Origin: an uncultured virus (IMG/VR IMGVR_UViG_3300021438_000002)
Lineage: Duplodnaviria; Heunggongvirae; Uroviricota; Caudoviricetes
DNA length: 64,000 nt
Virus record (IMG/VR): IMGVR_UViG_3300021438_000002
Direction: 5' to 3' (one strand)
Shown here: positions 15,916 to 26,900 of the stretch, piece after piece
Layout: every line of letters begins with the position of its first letter
Numbering within the stretch: position 1 is the first letter of the stretch
Made by a program: the position numbers and the translations under genes
The notes under the pieces: model-generated
What the model was told of the DNA's origin: nothing
The model's database searches: none
Seen by the model: the letters and a program-made list of their open reading frames with translations, nothing else

Positions 15916-17488
15916 AGACGATAAGTTCGAGGAAATAAACCCCGAATACTATACGAGCGAGCCTGCTGATACTGAGTCTTTTGAAGCCGATGAGCAACTT
16001 GATGAGTTATCTCAAGACTTTGTAAACCGCCTTGTAGACAAGATGATGCAGTTTCTTGTCGTCCTTGTTGGACACGACCTCCATACGTATCAGAAACCTC
16101 TGGCACGGAGAATGATGGAGTCCGTCATTATTGGTGACGGTAAAGAGGTCACCGCTTTAGCATCTCGTCAGTCAGGTAAATCCGAAACTGTAGCGGACAC
16201 TGTAGCCACTCTAATGATTTTGTTACCTCGTCTAGCCAAACTATACCCAGACCTTCTAGGTCAGTTTAAAGACGGTATTTGGGTAGGTCTGTTTGCTCCT
16301 ACGGAAGGACAGGCAGAAACCCTGTTCAATAGAACAGTTACTCGTTTAACCTCAGAACGAGCCTTAGAAGTTCTAGGTGACTCAGAGATTGATGACGAAG
16401 CCAAACGTATTGGTGGAGTTACTCGCCAGATTCGACTTAAGAACTCTGGCTCCTCCATAACAATGATGACTGCTAACCCAAGAGCAAAGATTGAGTCTAA
16501 GTCGTTCCATCTTATTGTTATTGACGAGTGCCAAGAAGCAGACGATTTTGTGGTTGCCAAGTCAATCTCTCCGATGCTTGCGTACTACGCAGGTACCATG
16601 GTAAAGACTGGCACACCTACAACCAGCAAGAACAACTTCTATAAAGCCATTCAATTAAACAAACGTTTGCAAACTCAACGAGGCAATAGGCAAAACCATT
16701 TCCAGTGGGACTGGCGTGAGGTAGCCAAGGTAAACCCTAAATACCACAAGTTCATTAAGCAGGAGATGCTGCGTATTGGAGAGGATTCCGATGAGTTCCA
16801 GATGTCGTATAACTGTAAATGGCTACTTGAACGAGGCATGTTTGTCACGAGTTCCGCTTTGGATGCTTTGGGTGACACTTCTCAGGAACTCGTCAAATCG
16901 TGGCACAAAACGCCAGTGGTCGTTGGAATTGACCCTGCACGAAAAGTTGACTCCACTGTCGTTACAGTCGTATGGGTTGACTGGGATAGACCTGATGAAT
17001 TTGGCTATTTTGACCACAGAGTACTTAACTGGCTCGAATTACAGGGTGACGACTGGGAAGAACAGTACTTTCAAATAGTCAACTTCCTAAGTAACTACGA
17101 CGTACTCGCTATTGGAGTAGACGCCAATGGTGTTGGAGACGCCGTTGCTCAACGTCTAAAACTGCTTATGGGGCGTGCAGAAGTAGTAGCAGTTACATCT
17201 AGCCCTACAGAACAATCTAGGCGTTACAAGCATCTACAGGCTCTTATTCAACGTCAGGCTTTGACCTACCCAGCCCACGCCCATACTCGTAGACTGCGTA
17301 TCTGGAAGCGATTCTACCAGCAAATGACTGATGCGGAAATCCAGTATAAAGGTCCTAACTTTATGGTTGCGGCTCCAGATGAAACTTATGCTCACGACGA
17401 CTTTGTGGATTCTTTGGCGATTGCCTGTTCTCTAACTCAAGAACTTGTTATGCCAGAAATAGAAGTGAGTAGTGGGGCATTCTTCTAA
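15905..17488 (+). CDS. terL: terminase large subunit
   Basis: Walker A ASRQSGKS, Walker B LIVIDE, motif III TGTP, nuclease VGIDPA...HDDFVDS. Confidence 0.93.
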   Translation: MSFEDDKFEEINPEYYTSEPADTESFEADEQLDELSQDFVNRLVDKMMQFLVVLVGHDLHTYQKPLARRMMESVIIGDGKEVTALASRQSGKSETVADTVATLMILLPRLAKLYPDLLGQFKDGIWVGLFAPTEGQAETLFNRTVTRLTSERALEVLGDSEIDDEAKRIGGVTRQIRLKNSGSSITMMTANPRAKIESKSFHLIVIDECQEADDFVVAKSISPMLAYYAGTMVKTGTPTTSKNNFYKAIQLNKRLQTQRGNRQNHFQWDWREVAKVNPKYHKFIKQEMLRIGEDSDEFQMSYNCKWLLERGMFVTSSALDALGDTSQELVKSWHKTPVVVGIDPARKVDSTVVTVVWVDWDRPDEFGYFDHRVLNWLELQGDDWEEQYFQIVNFLSNYDVLAIGVDANGVGDAVAQRLKLLMGRAEVVAVTSSPTEQSRRYKHLQALIQRQALTYPAHAHTRRLRIWKRFYQQMTDAEIQYKGPNFMVAAPDETYAHDDFVDSLAIACSLTQELVMPEIEVSSGAFF

Positions 17489-17507
17489 AAAGTTTGAGTT
17501 TGGGGTG

Positions 17508-17533
17508 CGAAAGCCCAATAAACAAGGGACACT
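17508..17533 (+). promoter_or_regulatory. putative late promoter CGAAA-N12-AGGGACACT
   Basis: Matches the motifs at 10154 and 45437. Confidence 0.5.
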
Positions 17534-17584
17534 TATTAATGGAAATACTAGTTCCTTTCCATTCCCGATTTAAGGAGATTACCT

Positions 17585-17980
17585 ATGGGTATCGGTCCAG
17601 CACCAATGTTCCCTGAAAGAGCACCACAGATGTACGAAATGAAGGGTGCAGGCAACCTCGAACGCCGTGGTCCTCTACGTTTCGAAGAAGGTATCGCAAC
17701 TGATACTGACATTCCAACCGATTTTGAGACAGGCATCATGAACGGCTTTGCAGCCGCTCCTGGTCGTCCAAACCGCAACGCTCCAGTATGGCAGAAGCCA
17801 GCAGACCAGACCATGGCAGAACGTGCCCACGTTGGTTCTGCATCATGGATTGAAGCACCAACCTATCTTGGCGAATTTGCTCACGGTTCATTCACGAACT
17901 ACTCAGAGCAGATTGTTGAAACTAAGGTTGTTTCTGGTGGACGTACAATGCGTCTTAACCCAACCGTCGTTCAGGACTAA
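17585..17980 (+). CDS. head-module hypothetical protein
   Basis: Strong SD AAGGAG; lies between terL and portal. Confidence 0.7.
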   Translation: MGIGPAPMFPERAPQMYEMKGAGNLERRGPLRFEEGIATDTDIPTDFETGIMNGFAAAPGRPNRNAPVWQKPADQTMAERAHVGSASWIEAPTYLGEFAHGSFTNYSEQIVETKVVSGGRTMRLNPTVVQD

Positions 17981-17996
17981 TTACCTCCGTTAACCT

Positions 17997-18029
17997 GCCT
18001 TCCGCTCTTATGGAGCGGAGGGTGGTTTT
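17997..18029 (+). terminator. possible terminator or processing hairpin
   Basis: CCTTCCGCTC/GAGCGGAGGG stem followed by TGGTTTT. Confidence 0.45.
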
Positions 18030-18046
18030 CGGCTTGAGGAGATAAG

Positions 18047-18292
18047 ATGGCACAGGTTCCAGCCAATCCTAAAATGTATGCGATGTTTGTCGCACAAGCA
18101 AAGGCTAAATACGCTACTTACCCAAGTCCAGGTGCAAGCCACTGGGTGCACTCTCAGTACGAGAAGCATGGTGGTAGATTCATTGAAACTTCTGAAAAGA
18201 CTAAGCAAGAGAAGTTAGCCAAACAACGCTTTGAAGCAAAGAAAAAGGCTATACTTGCTCGTAAGCATAAAGCACGCAGTAAGGACGACTAA
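18047..18292 (+). CDS. small basic protein
   Basis: SD GAGGAG; Lys-rich C terminus. Confidence 0.7.
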   Translation: MAQVPANPKMYAMFVAQAKAKYATYPSPGASHWVHSQYEKHGGRFIETSEKTKQEKLAKQRFEAKKKAILARKHKARSKDD

Positions 18293-20022
18293 TGTCTTTT
18301 ATGGACTTCTCTCCACCCTCATACAGGGCGGCGTCGTCAGACCTTACTATTTCTATCTCTCCATTAGGTTTGGTAGAACTTGCTGATGAAGAGTTTGAAG
18401 TCCACGGTCCTCGTCTAAACCGATACAGCCTTAACTGGGCTATGTACCTTGGTCACCACTGGGGATACCGTCGTGAACAAGGCGAAATGCAGATTTCCCT
18501 TAACTACTACCGTGCATTCATTGACTATCTAACCCGCTTTACTTTTGGTAATGGTATCCACTTCCGTAGCCCAAAACTTACTGAGGCTATCATCCCTAGC
18601 AGGCTTGAAAGAGTTTGGGAGATTGACAATGACAAGATGCGAGTCTTGTTTGAGATGTCCCAAACTGGTGCTGTTAATGGGGACTGCTTTGTTAAAGTAG
18701 CCTACGAAGAGCCTTGGGACGACAGTATTGGTCGCTTCCACCCAGGACGTGTTCGCATCCTTCCAATGAACCCAGCGTTCTGTTTTCCAGAGTTCCACCC
18801 ACACGATAGAACTCGTTTACTTAGATTCAAACAGAAGTACCGCTTTTGGGGCACAAGCCTTGAAGGTACTCGTCAGGTATTTACCTACACCGAAATCCTT
18901 ACCGATGACATTATCGAAGAGTACATCAACGATGAGTTGATTGACTCAAGACCAAATCCACTAGGTCTTATTCCAGTAGTTCACATCCCTAACATCCCAG
19001 TATCTGGTTCTCCATGGGGTCTAGCAGATGCCCATGACATTATTACTGTGAACCGTTCGTACAACGAAATCTCCACAGACATCGCTGACATCATCAACTA
19101 CCACGCTGCCCCTGTGACAGTTATTGTTGGTGCTAAGGCTTCTAACCTTGAAAAGGGTGCAAAGAAAGTCTGGGGTGGTCTACCTAAAGACGCTCAGGTG
19201 TTCAACCTTGAAGGTGGTGCTGCTGGTCTAGGTGGTGCTATGCAATACCTAGAGATGCTTAAGCGTTCTATGCACGAACTTATGAATGTTCCAGAAACTG
19301 CTCTGGGTCAGGTTCAGCCAATTTCAAACACTTCAGGTGTTGCACTTTCTATTCAGTTCCAACCTTTAATGAACCGTTATGCCCAGAAGAAGGCTCAATA
19401 CGGTAAAGGTCTAGAAAAGATTAACGAACTTATTATCCTTAACCTTGCGGTTAAAGAGCCTGACAGTTTAAAGTACGACCCAAACCAAGACGGTCCAATC
19501 AAAGAAGGTCAGTTACCACAACTTGACCCTAATGACCCTATTACTTACATTACTTACGCTCACTTCCCACAACCTCTACCTCTAGACAAACTTGTTCTTC
19601 TTAACGAACTTCAACAGAAAATGTCTATGGGTCTTGAGTCTAAAGAAGGTGCTTTGCGTGCCCTTGGCGAAGAGTTCCCTGAAGAGAAACTCGAAGAGAT
19701 TCGTATGGAACTTATTGAAGATGCTCAGGCTGATGGTGCTCTCAACCTAGTTAAGATTCAAGTACAGAAGCAGATTATGGACATGACTGGCATGATGCCA
19801 GGTCCTGACGGTACTGCTACTCCTATGGACCCAATGATGATGGGTGATGGAGACATACTGGGTGATGGCATTTTGGGTCCTACAGACCCTAAGAACCCTA
19901 CTCCACAGGGGCAGCAAGAAGTTGGTATGGAGTTACAGGGTGAACAACAGATTCGTCAAGACTTAGTACAAGATGCTTATGGAACTCAACTTCCATCACG
20001 CAGAACTGTAGATAAGGATTAA
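18292..20022 (+). CDS. portal protein, SPP1 gp6-like
   Basis: GDCFVKV, PVVHIPN, SNTSGVAL motifs; position after terL. Confidence 0.85.
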   Translation: MSFMDFSPPSYRAASSDLTISISPLGLVELADEEFEVHGPRLNRYSLNWAMYLGHHWGYRREQGEMQISLNYYRAFIDYLTRFTFGNGIHFRSPKLTEAIIPSRLERVWEIDNDKMRVLFEMSQTGAVNGDCFVKVAYEEPWDDSIGRFHPGRVRILPMNPAFCFPEFHPHDRTRLLRFKQKYRFWGTSLEGTRQVFTYTEILTDDIIEEYINDELIDSRPNPLGLIPVVHIPNIPVSGSPWGLADAHDIITVNRSYNEISTDIADIINYHAAPVTVIVGAKASNLEKGAKKVWGGLPKDAQVFNLEGGAAGLGGAMQYLEMLKRSMHELMNVPETALGQVQPISNTSGVALSIQFQPLMNRYAQKKAQYGKGLEKINELIILNLAVKEPDSLKYDPNQDGPIKEGQLPQLDPNDPITYITYAHFPQPLPLDKLVLLNELQQKMSMGLESKEGALRALGEEFPEEKLEEIRMELIEDAQADGALNLVKIQVQKQIMDMTGMMPGPDGTATPMDPMMMGDGDILGDGILGPTDPKNPTPQGQQEVGMELQGEQQIRQDLVQDAYGTQLPSRRTVDKD

Positions 20023-20166
20023 CGAATTCCTCAATAAATCATTGAGGTTTAGCAAGACAAGAATGCTTTTTTTAGGCATCCTTATCTTGTAACAAACTGA
20101 CAAGGTCATGTGGTACGCCGCAAGGCATTCGGAAAACGACCATCGAGAATGAAAGCAGAACCCATT

Positions 20167-20925
20167 ATGGATGAAAACAACCTGACAGCAGATGCTGTTG
20201 AAACCCCAGTAACTCTTGAAGCACTAGCAGAAGAAGTGAAGCCACTACCTACATTCACAGCCGATGACATCTCAAAGGCTCGTGCACAGGAAAAGCAGAA
20301 ACTTTATCCGCAGATTGATAAGTTGCAGGAAGAACTATCCCTTCTTCGTAAAGAGCGTGAAGAACGCATTGCCCAAGAGGAATCTCGTAAAGCAGCACGC
20401 CTACAGCGTGACGCAGAACGTGAAGCCGAAAAGAAGGCTAAAGAAGAAGAAGAAATGACCTTCAAAGACCTCCTTAAAACTAAGGAGCAAGAATGGTCAG
20501 AAAAACTTGAAGCAGAGCGTTCAGAGCGTGAGAAGGCATTCGCACTTCTTGAACGTGAGCGTGAGTTCCAAGAACTTCAGCAGTACCGTCAGCAGCGTCT
20601 TGAGGCTGAACGTGACAACATCATGCCAGAACTAATTGACATGATTGCTGGTGATTCTAGAGATGACATTGAGCAAAGCATTTCTAGATTGAAAGACAAG
20701 ACTGCTCAAATTGTGGACTCTGTTGCGAACGCATCACAGCAGACCCGCAAAGAGATGGTAGGAACCCGAATTACGGCTCCTGCCTCTGGACCCCTGGACA
20801 ATGACTCGGACCCTAGGTCATACTCTCCTGATGACATCTCTAAGATGTCTTTGGCTGATTATGCGAAGAATCGTGCCAAGTTGCTTGGCGGCAATAACCG
20901 TGGACAAGGGCTGTTCGGTAATTAA
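20167..20925 (+). CDS. capsid scaffolding protein
   Basis: Charged coiled coil between portal and capsid; C-terminal ISKMSLADYAKNR; likely ATG at 20167. Confidence 0.75.
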   Translation: MDENNLTADAVETPVTLEALAEEVKPLPTFTADDISKARAQEKQKLYPQIDKLQEELSLLRKEREERIAQEESRKAARLQRDAEREAEKKAKEEEEMTFKDLLKTKEQEWSEKLEAERSEREKAFALLEREREFQELQQYRQQRLEAERDNIMPELIDMIAGDSRDDIEQSISRLKDKTAQIVDSVANASQQTRKEMVGTRITAPASGPLDNDSDPRSYSPDDISKMSLADYAKNRAKLLGGNNRGQGLFGN

Positions 20926-20963
20926 TCACCTAACCTAATACCGCTCTTGAAAGGAGCAAACAA

Positions 20964-22106
20964 ATGGCAGGTTCTGCTATAACTGGTACTGGTGCCCTCG
21001 CAGGTGCCCCTACCGCTTACTCTGGCTCTAACTCACAGTTAAGCCAGTCAATCCAGACCATTTGGTCTAAAGAAATCCTGTTCCAAGCGATGCCTATTCT
21101 TCGCTTTGAGCAGTTCGCTGTGAAGAAGACCGAACTTGGTGTTGCACCAGGTCTACGTGTTAACTTCCTACGTTACAAGAACTTCTCAGTGGACCCAACT
21201 CCACTAACTGAAGGTGTACGTATGACCACCAACGCTCTAACTGCAGAGCAGATTGCTATTACTGTTGCCGAACACGGCTACGGTGTTGCTGTCTCTGAAC
21301 TATTGCTAAACGCATCGTTCGATGACATCATGGCTTCTGCATCTCGTTTGCTAGGTCGTCACATGGCTCAGTACCTTGATGTACAGGCTCGTCAGACTCT
21401 AGGTGCTGCTACTTCAGCAGTCTTCGGTTATGACCGCTCTGCATACAACAGTTCTACTAACTTCAACCTGTACAACGAAGGCACAAAGGCTACTAGCCTT
21501 GGTGGTGTTACTGCAGACCACAAGTTGACAACTGCTGCTATCAAGGATGCTGCTCTAACCCTTGCAGGTAAGAACATCCCTCGCATTGGTGAGACATACG
21601 TTCAGTTCATCCACCCTAAGCAGTCTCGTGACCTTCGTTCAAACCCAGAGTTTATCGAAGTAACTAAGTACGCTGCTCCAGGTAACTTCATGCTTGGTGA
21701 AATCGGTCGTCTATACGACGTTGTATTCATTGAGACCACTCAGGTAAACAAGTTGGCTTCAGGTACAAACATTGTAACTGGTGCTACTTACAGCCAGTCA
21801 GTTGGTACTGTTGCTGACCAGACTTCATACTCTGGTTCAAACGCAGTTAAGGTCAACACCGTTCCTGGTGGTGGAGGTAACCCAGTTGACGCTGGTGCTG
21901 CTGCAACCACTGGTACTACTGCTACTGACGTTTACGAGTCAATCATGATTGGTGACAACGCTTTCGGTCACGCAATCTCTCTACCAGTTGAACTCCGTGA
22001 TGGTGGTGTTCTAGACTTCGGTCGTGAGCACGCACTTGCATGGTACGCAATCTGGGGTCTAGGTGTTATCACCGACCAGGCTATTGTTAAGGTCTACACC
22101 GCTTAA
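20964..22106 (+). CDS. major capsid protein, N4-gp56-like HK97 fold
   Basis: LTEGV, EHG, YVQFIHP, GEIGRLYDVVFIET, DFGR motifs; SD AAGGAG. Confidence 0.9.
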   Translation: MAGSAITGTGALAGAPTAYSGSNSQLSQSIQTIWSKEILFQAMPILRFEQFAVKKTELGVAPGLRVNFLRYKNFSVDPTPLTEGVRMTTNALTAEQIAITVAEHGYGVAVSELLLNASFDDIMASASRLLGRHMAQYLDVQARQTLGAATSAVFGYDRSAYNSSTNFNLYNEGTKATSLGGVTADHKLTTAAIKDAALTLAGKNIPRIGETYVQFIHPKQSRDLRSNPEFIEVTKYAAPGNFMLGEIGRLYDVVFIETTQVNKLASGTNIVTGATYSQSVGTVADQTSYSGSNAVKVNTVPGGGGNPVDAGAAATTGTTATDVYESIMIGDNAFGHAISLPVELRDGGVLDFGREHALAWYAIWGLGVITDQAIVKVYTA

Positions 22107-22129
22107 TAGCCAAAGCCTCTCGTAGGGTA

Positions 22130-22153
22130 GGGGGGCTGGTTCGCCAGCCCCCC
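22130..22153 (+). terminator. GC-rich UUCG hairpin after the capsid gene (terminator or 3' stabiliser)
   Basis: GGGGGGCTGG-TTCG-CCAGCCCCCC. Confidence 0.6.
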
Positions 22154-22191
22154 AATTACGAATCCATTACGCAAACAAGGAGAAACACATC

Positions 22192-22560
22192 GTGGCAACA
22201 CAAAAAACTAGTCCATTGGACGCAACAGGTAAAGCAGCAGAAGACGCTGCAAAACGCAATGCCGAGGCATTGAAAGCACGAGCAGAGGAAATCTCTGTAG
22301 CACGTGCACAGGAAACCATCAGCCTAGAATCTGATGTGTTTGACCCAAAGAAACCAGACGCCCCACTTCTAATCGATGAGGTTGAAGAGGTTGGTGTTTC
22401 CATCAACAATGACACAGTAATCATTAGAACTATTACTGACATTGAAGACATGACTTTTGGCGTGGGTAACTCTTACACCTTTAAACAGGGTGTTCGCTAT
22501 AAAGTCCCACGAGAGTTAGCCGACTATCTACAGATGCTTGGCTACATCTGGCTTAACTAA
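22192..22560 (+). CDS. head-associated hypothetical protein
   Basis: SD AAGGAG; follows the capsid gene. Confidence 0.7.
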   Translation: MATQKTSPLDATGKAAEDAAKRNAEALKARAEEISVARAQETISLESDVFDPKKPDAPLLIDEVEEVGVSINNDTVIIRTITDIEDMTFGVGNSYTFKQGVRYKVPRELADYLQMLGYIWLN

Positions 22561-22574
22561 GCCTCCACAAAACT

Positions 22575-22620
22575 GTCCGTCCTGCTGGTAACTGCCCTCC
22601 TCCTAGCAGGACGGACTTTT
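22575..22620 (+). terminator. intrinsic terminator
   Basis: GTCCGTCCTGCT/AGCAGGACGGAC 12-bp stem followed by TTTT. Confidence 0.7.
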
Positions 22621-22684
22621 GTGTTTGGGCTGATTTATGAAGCAGAGTAGTCCACAATGGACTTAGAAGATTTCGGAGGTTTGC

Positions 22685-23746
22685 GTGGCAACCATCAGTA
22701 GCCTTGTTGATAAGGTCAGACTTGAACTAGGTGACATTGGCAAATCATTTGTCACCCAGTTTGTTGCTGATGGCACAACTGACAGGTTTCAGTTGCACTA
22801 CTTTCCTCTAGATGCCGAACAAGTTCATGTTTACAAGAACAACGTAGACATTACATTGGCTTCCACAGTGGAGGAATCTACTGGAATTCTGGTGCTTGAC
22901 GACGTTCCTGCTAGTGGAGATACTCTTTCCGTAAGCGGAAATTACTATAGATACTTCACGGCAGCAGAACTCACCTCACTAGTTACCTCCGCTGTGGAGC
23001 AACACTCTGCAGGGCACACTGATAGCCTGGGTCGCAAAATGACTGTGGATACCCTTCCTCTTGTGGAGGAATACCCAGTAACTGTTTACGCCACTACTTT
23101 GGCTCTTTATACTCTTGCTACTGACGCTGCCTTTGACATTGACATTCAGGCTCCAGATGGCGTAACTATTCCTCGTGCCGAACGTTATCGTCAACTTATG
23201 GAGATGATTCAGACTCGTCAAGCACAATACAAAGACCTTTGTGTAAACCTTGGTGTAGGTCTATACCGTGTCGATGTCTTTACTGTACGTAGAATCTCTA
23301 AAACTACAGGTCGTTATGTCCCTGTTTATGTTCCACAAGAAGTAGATGACCGCTCTTACCCACAGCGTGTGGATGACCAACTGCCTACTTATGGAAACCG
23401 TCCAACTGAATGGATTACGGAGGCTGGAGACCTTACTGCCTACCAGGGCACAGCCTTTACCAACACCTTCTCCATAAGCGGCAGTTTGACTGGCTACACT
23501 GTTGCGTGCCGCCTGCTTAACCAACGTGGCTCTGTGCTAGTAGTTCAAGAGTTCACAATGACTGACTTCCTACAGCAGTCCGCTACTGCATACACTATCG
23601 TGGGCAGTTTGACTGCTGACCAAACCTTGAGACTGGCAGAACGTACTTACTGGTCTTTAGTCAAGATAAATAGTACTACTCAAGAAGTCATTGAAATTGG
23701 TGGAGGAAACTTCTTCACTGCACGTTCAAGTACGGTCGTTATCTAA
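22685..23746 (+). CDS. putative head-tail adaptor/neck protein
   Basis: LVDKVRLELGD N terminus; position; SD GGAGG. Confidence 0.55.
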   Translation: MATISSLVDKVRLELGDIGKSFVTQFVADGTTDRFQLHYFPLDAEQVHVYKNNVDITLASTVEESTGILVLDDVPASGDTLSVSGNYYRYFTAAELTSLVTSAVEQHSAGHTDSLGRKMTVDTLPLVEEYPVTVYATTLALYTLATDAAFDIDIQAPDGVTIPRAERYRQLMEMIQTRQAQYKDLCVNLGVGLYRVDVFTVRRISKTTGRYVPVYVPQEVDDRSYPQRVDDQLPTYGNRPTEWITEAGDLTAYQGTAFTNTFSISGSLTGYTVACRLLNQRGSVLVVQEFTMTDFLQQSATAYTIVGSLTADQTLRLAERTYWSLVKINSTTQEVIEIGGGNFFTARSSTVVI

Positions 23747-23910
23747 TGTCGGGTCAGTACCCTACTGTAGACATAGTTATGCTTAATCCAACACATGTAG
23801 TGGAGCCCATTGCTTTACTAAACCCAACCGTTGGAGAACTGGATGTTGCGTTACTGGGAGAACTTAAACCAGTTTCAGACATCCTTCTCCTTCCAAAACC
23901 AACCAATTAA
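23746..23910 (+). CDS. micro-protein (54 aa) with repeated (V/I)xLLxP motif
   Basis: Read by hand; TAATG coupling. Confidence 0.45.
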   Translation: MSGQYPTVDIVMLNPTHVVEPIALLNPTVGELDVALLGELKPVSDILLLPKPTN

Positions 23911-23996
23911 CATAGGTAGTTCAGCCTCTATTGGGCTAGACTATCCCTTACAATGAAACAGGGTAATCCCCTTCAAATACAACGCTAGGAGCGTAA

Positions 23997-26900
23997 ATGG
24001 CTAACAAAGTCATCCTTGATACTGCCTATACTTTCACACCGTCTACCAAGACTATTGTGATTCCAAAGTACATTGCACGTGAGCGTCTTATTGAGATTGT
24101 TAACGTAACAACTCACCACACTCTTTACCAGCGTTATGAGACTACTCTAAACGCCACCTCATACACTGCTGTTGCGGCTTCTGTGGGTGTTTCAGAGTCA
24201 ACCACTATTGTTCTTAACAGAGACACTACTACTGGTCTGTTTGCCTCTACTGACAAACTACAGATTATTATTGACGAGCCAAACGTAGCGTTTACTCCTG
24301 CCGAAATAGTTATGGACCCTACCAATAAGCATCGTGTAACCACTCCACAGTCCCTAATTGATACTGACTTTGAGTATGGTACTCAGGTCTCTAAGTGGGA
24401 AAACCTGTCACACACTAACCTACGCCCATTTGCTTATGCCTCAGCAACATCTATAGTTTTTCCAGCATCTGGTTCAAACATTGCCCCAACTACCGCAGGT
24501 AAACGTTCCGTTACTGTATCTACTGGTACTACTAACCCAAGTCTTGTCGCTGGCGATGTAATTTCAGTCCAAGATACTCTTAACCCAATTGCTAATGGTG
24601 TGTTTGTTGTTGACTCAATTGCGGGTACTAACCCATACACATTTACCTACACAGCCCGTGCCGCATTTGCAAACACCAACAGTATTTTTGACACCTTCAA
24701 GACAGTAGTAACTAAAGGCAATCTTTACACCAACGCTCAAATCGGTGCTGCACCAACAATTGCTAACTCAGGTCCAATCGTCACAGTAACTACCACTATT
24801 CCTCACGGACTATCTCTTGGTAATGAAATCCAAGTCTCTGGTATTACAGGAACTAACCCACCTAACGGTGCGTTCGTAGTTTCTAACGTAATAAACCCTG
24901 CACAGTTCCAGTATGTACTAGACGCTGATGCTTTAACTCCTTCTGGTCTAACCACTACTAGTGCAAAGGTGTATGCTCGCCCACAAGGTGCTGTTCTTCA
25001 CCGCCCGTTTGATGGTGGAGTTATCTTCTCATCTAACGGCTCTTCCAACTACGAAACTACTACCCGTCAGACCCGTCGCTACTTCCGATACCAGTCAGGT
25101 AAAGGCATCCTATTCTCTTCTGGAACTATCCTTAAGCCTAATTTCCAGTTAGATGGTTTGAGTTACGCAACAGCAACCAACCTAGTTACAGTAACTACTA
25201 AAGACCAACACAATCTTCAACCTGGTTCTACCATTGTTGTTTCTGGTGCCAATGAAGCCTTGTTTAATGGTACGGTAACTATTTACGGAATAACTGGATA
25301 CAACAAGTTTACTTACACACCAACTACCTCTAGTGGTTCAGATGTCACTGCATCGGGAACCTACTACGCTTCTATTGTTAACTGGTATGGAGCAGTAAAC
25401 CGTTTAGGTATCTTTGACCAGCAGAATGGTTTGTTCTTTGAGTACGACGGTCAAACTTTATACGCTGTTCGTCGTAATTCTACATACCAAGTAACTGGTC
25501 GTGTGGATGTTGTTTCAGGTAGCGTTAACGTTACTGCTAACGCATCTTTCCCTACTGCCTTTAGCAAGCAATTGACTCCTGGAGACTTTGTTGTTCTTCG
25601 TGGTCAGTCATACCGTGTAGACAGTATCATTTCTGATAATGCCTTAACTATCTCTCCTGCCTACCGTGGTGGTGACGATGTAGTCGCTGCTAACTTAACT
25701 AAGACTGTAGACACTCGTGTAGCACAGTCACAGTGGAACTTAGACAGAATGGATGGAACTGGTCCTTCTGGGTACAACATAGACCTATCTCGTATGCAGA
25801 TGTTCTACATTGATTACTCTTGGTATGGAGCAGGATTTATCCGTTGGGGTCTTCGTGGAGCCAATGGAGATGTAACTTACGTCCACAAAATGCAGAACAA
25901 CAACGTTAACTTTGAAGCCTACATGCGTTCAGGTAACTTGCCAGGTCGCTATGAGTCAAGCACTCTGCCACCTAAAACAGCATTGACTACGGGCTTTAGC
26001 AGCGGTGTTACTACCCTGCCTGTTACATCTACTGCAGGGTTCCCTTCAAGCGGAACACTAGTTGTAAAGGGCGGTACCTTTGCTTTTACTCCAGCAACTA
26101 TTACCAGTTCGTCTGGTAACGGAACTACTATTACTCACCTAACTACTACAACTTTAACTACTGGACAAGTAGTAAACATTAGTGGGTGTAGTATCCCTGC
26201 CTATAACGGAACATTTGTTGTTACTGGTGCAAGTGCTGGAGTTAACTTTACAGTTGCAGGTAAGACTCAAGGAGCCTCTACTGGCGGAAGTGCCCAGGCT
26301 GCTGGTTTTGAGCACATAAACTACACAGGAATTACTTCAACTAGTTTTACAGGAGTAACTCGTGCTTTGGCTGGTGTAACTGCTGGAACTACTGTAACTA
26401 TGAACGTTGGTGCTAACTCAGGTACTGTCTCTTCTGCTTCAGGTATTCAGGTCGGTCAGCGAGTAATCTCTGCAACTTCTACTGCTGCCTTCCCTGATGG
26501 AACTTTTGTTACAGCCATCAACGGAACAACCATTACTTTCAGCCAAGCGTTAACAGGTTCTAAAGCAAACCCTGCTAACCCAACTGTTATCTTCCAACCT
26601 ATGAGTATTACTTCTGCTACTACATTCTTGACTGGTGCAACTAACCCAGGTGCAGTAGAACTTGCTTATCCTACTTACGCTCCAACTATTAGCCACTGGG
26701 GTACCTCAGTAATCATGGATGGTCGTTTTGATGATGACAAGTCCCTCTTGTTTACTTATGGTCAAACAGCAGTGACTACTGTTACTGCGGGTAGCACCGC
26801 TGCTCTAATGTCAATCCGTGTTGCCCCATCAGTCGATAACGGTAGGGCTGCGGCTTTTGGTCAGCGTGATTTGGTTAACCGTATGCAGTTGGTTCTTCGT

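Noticed and set aside
22575..22620. Possible HDV-like ribozyme (CCTCCTC loop)
   Set aside because: Could not build the nested double pseudoknot; a 12-bp stem plus U-tract fits a terminator
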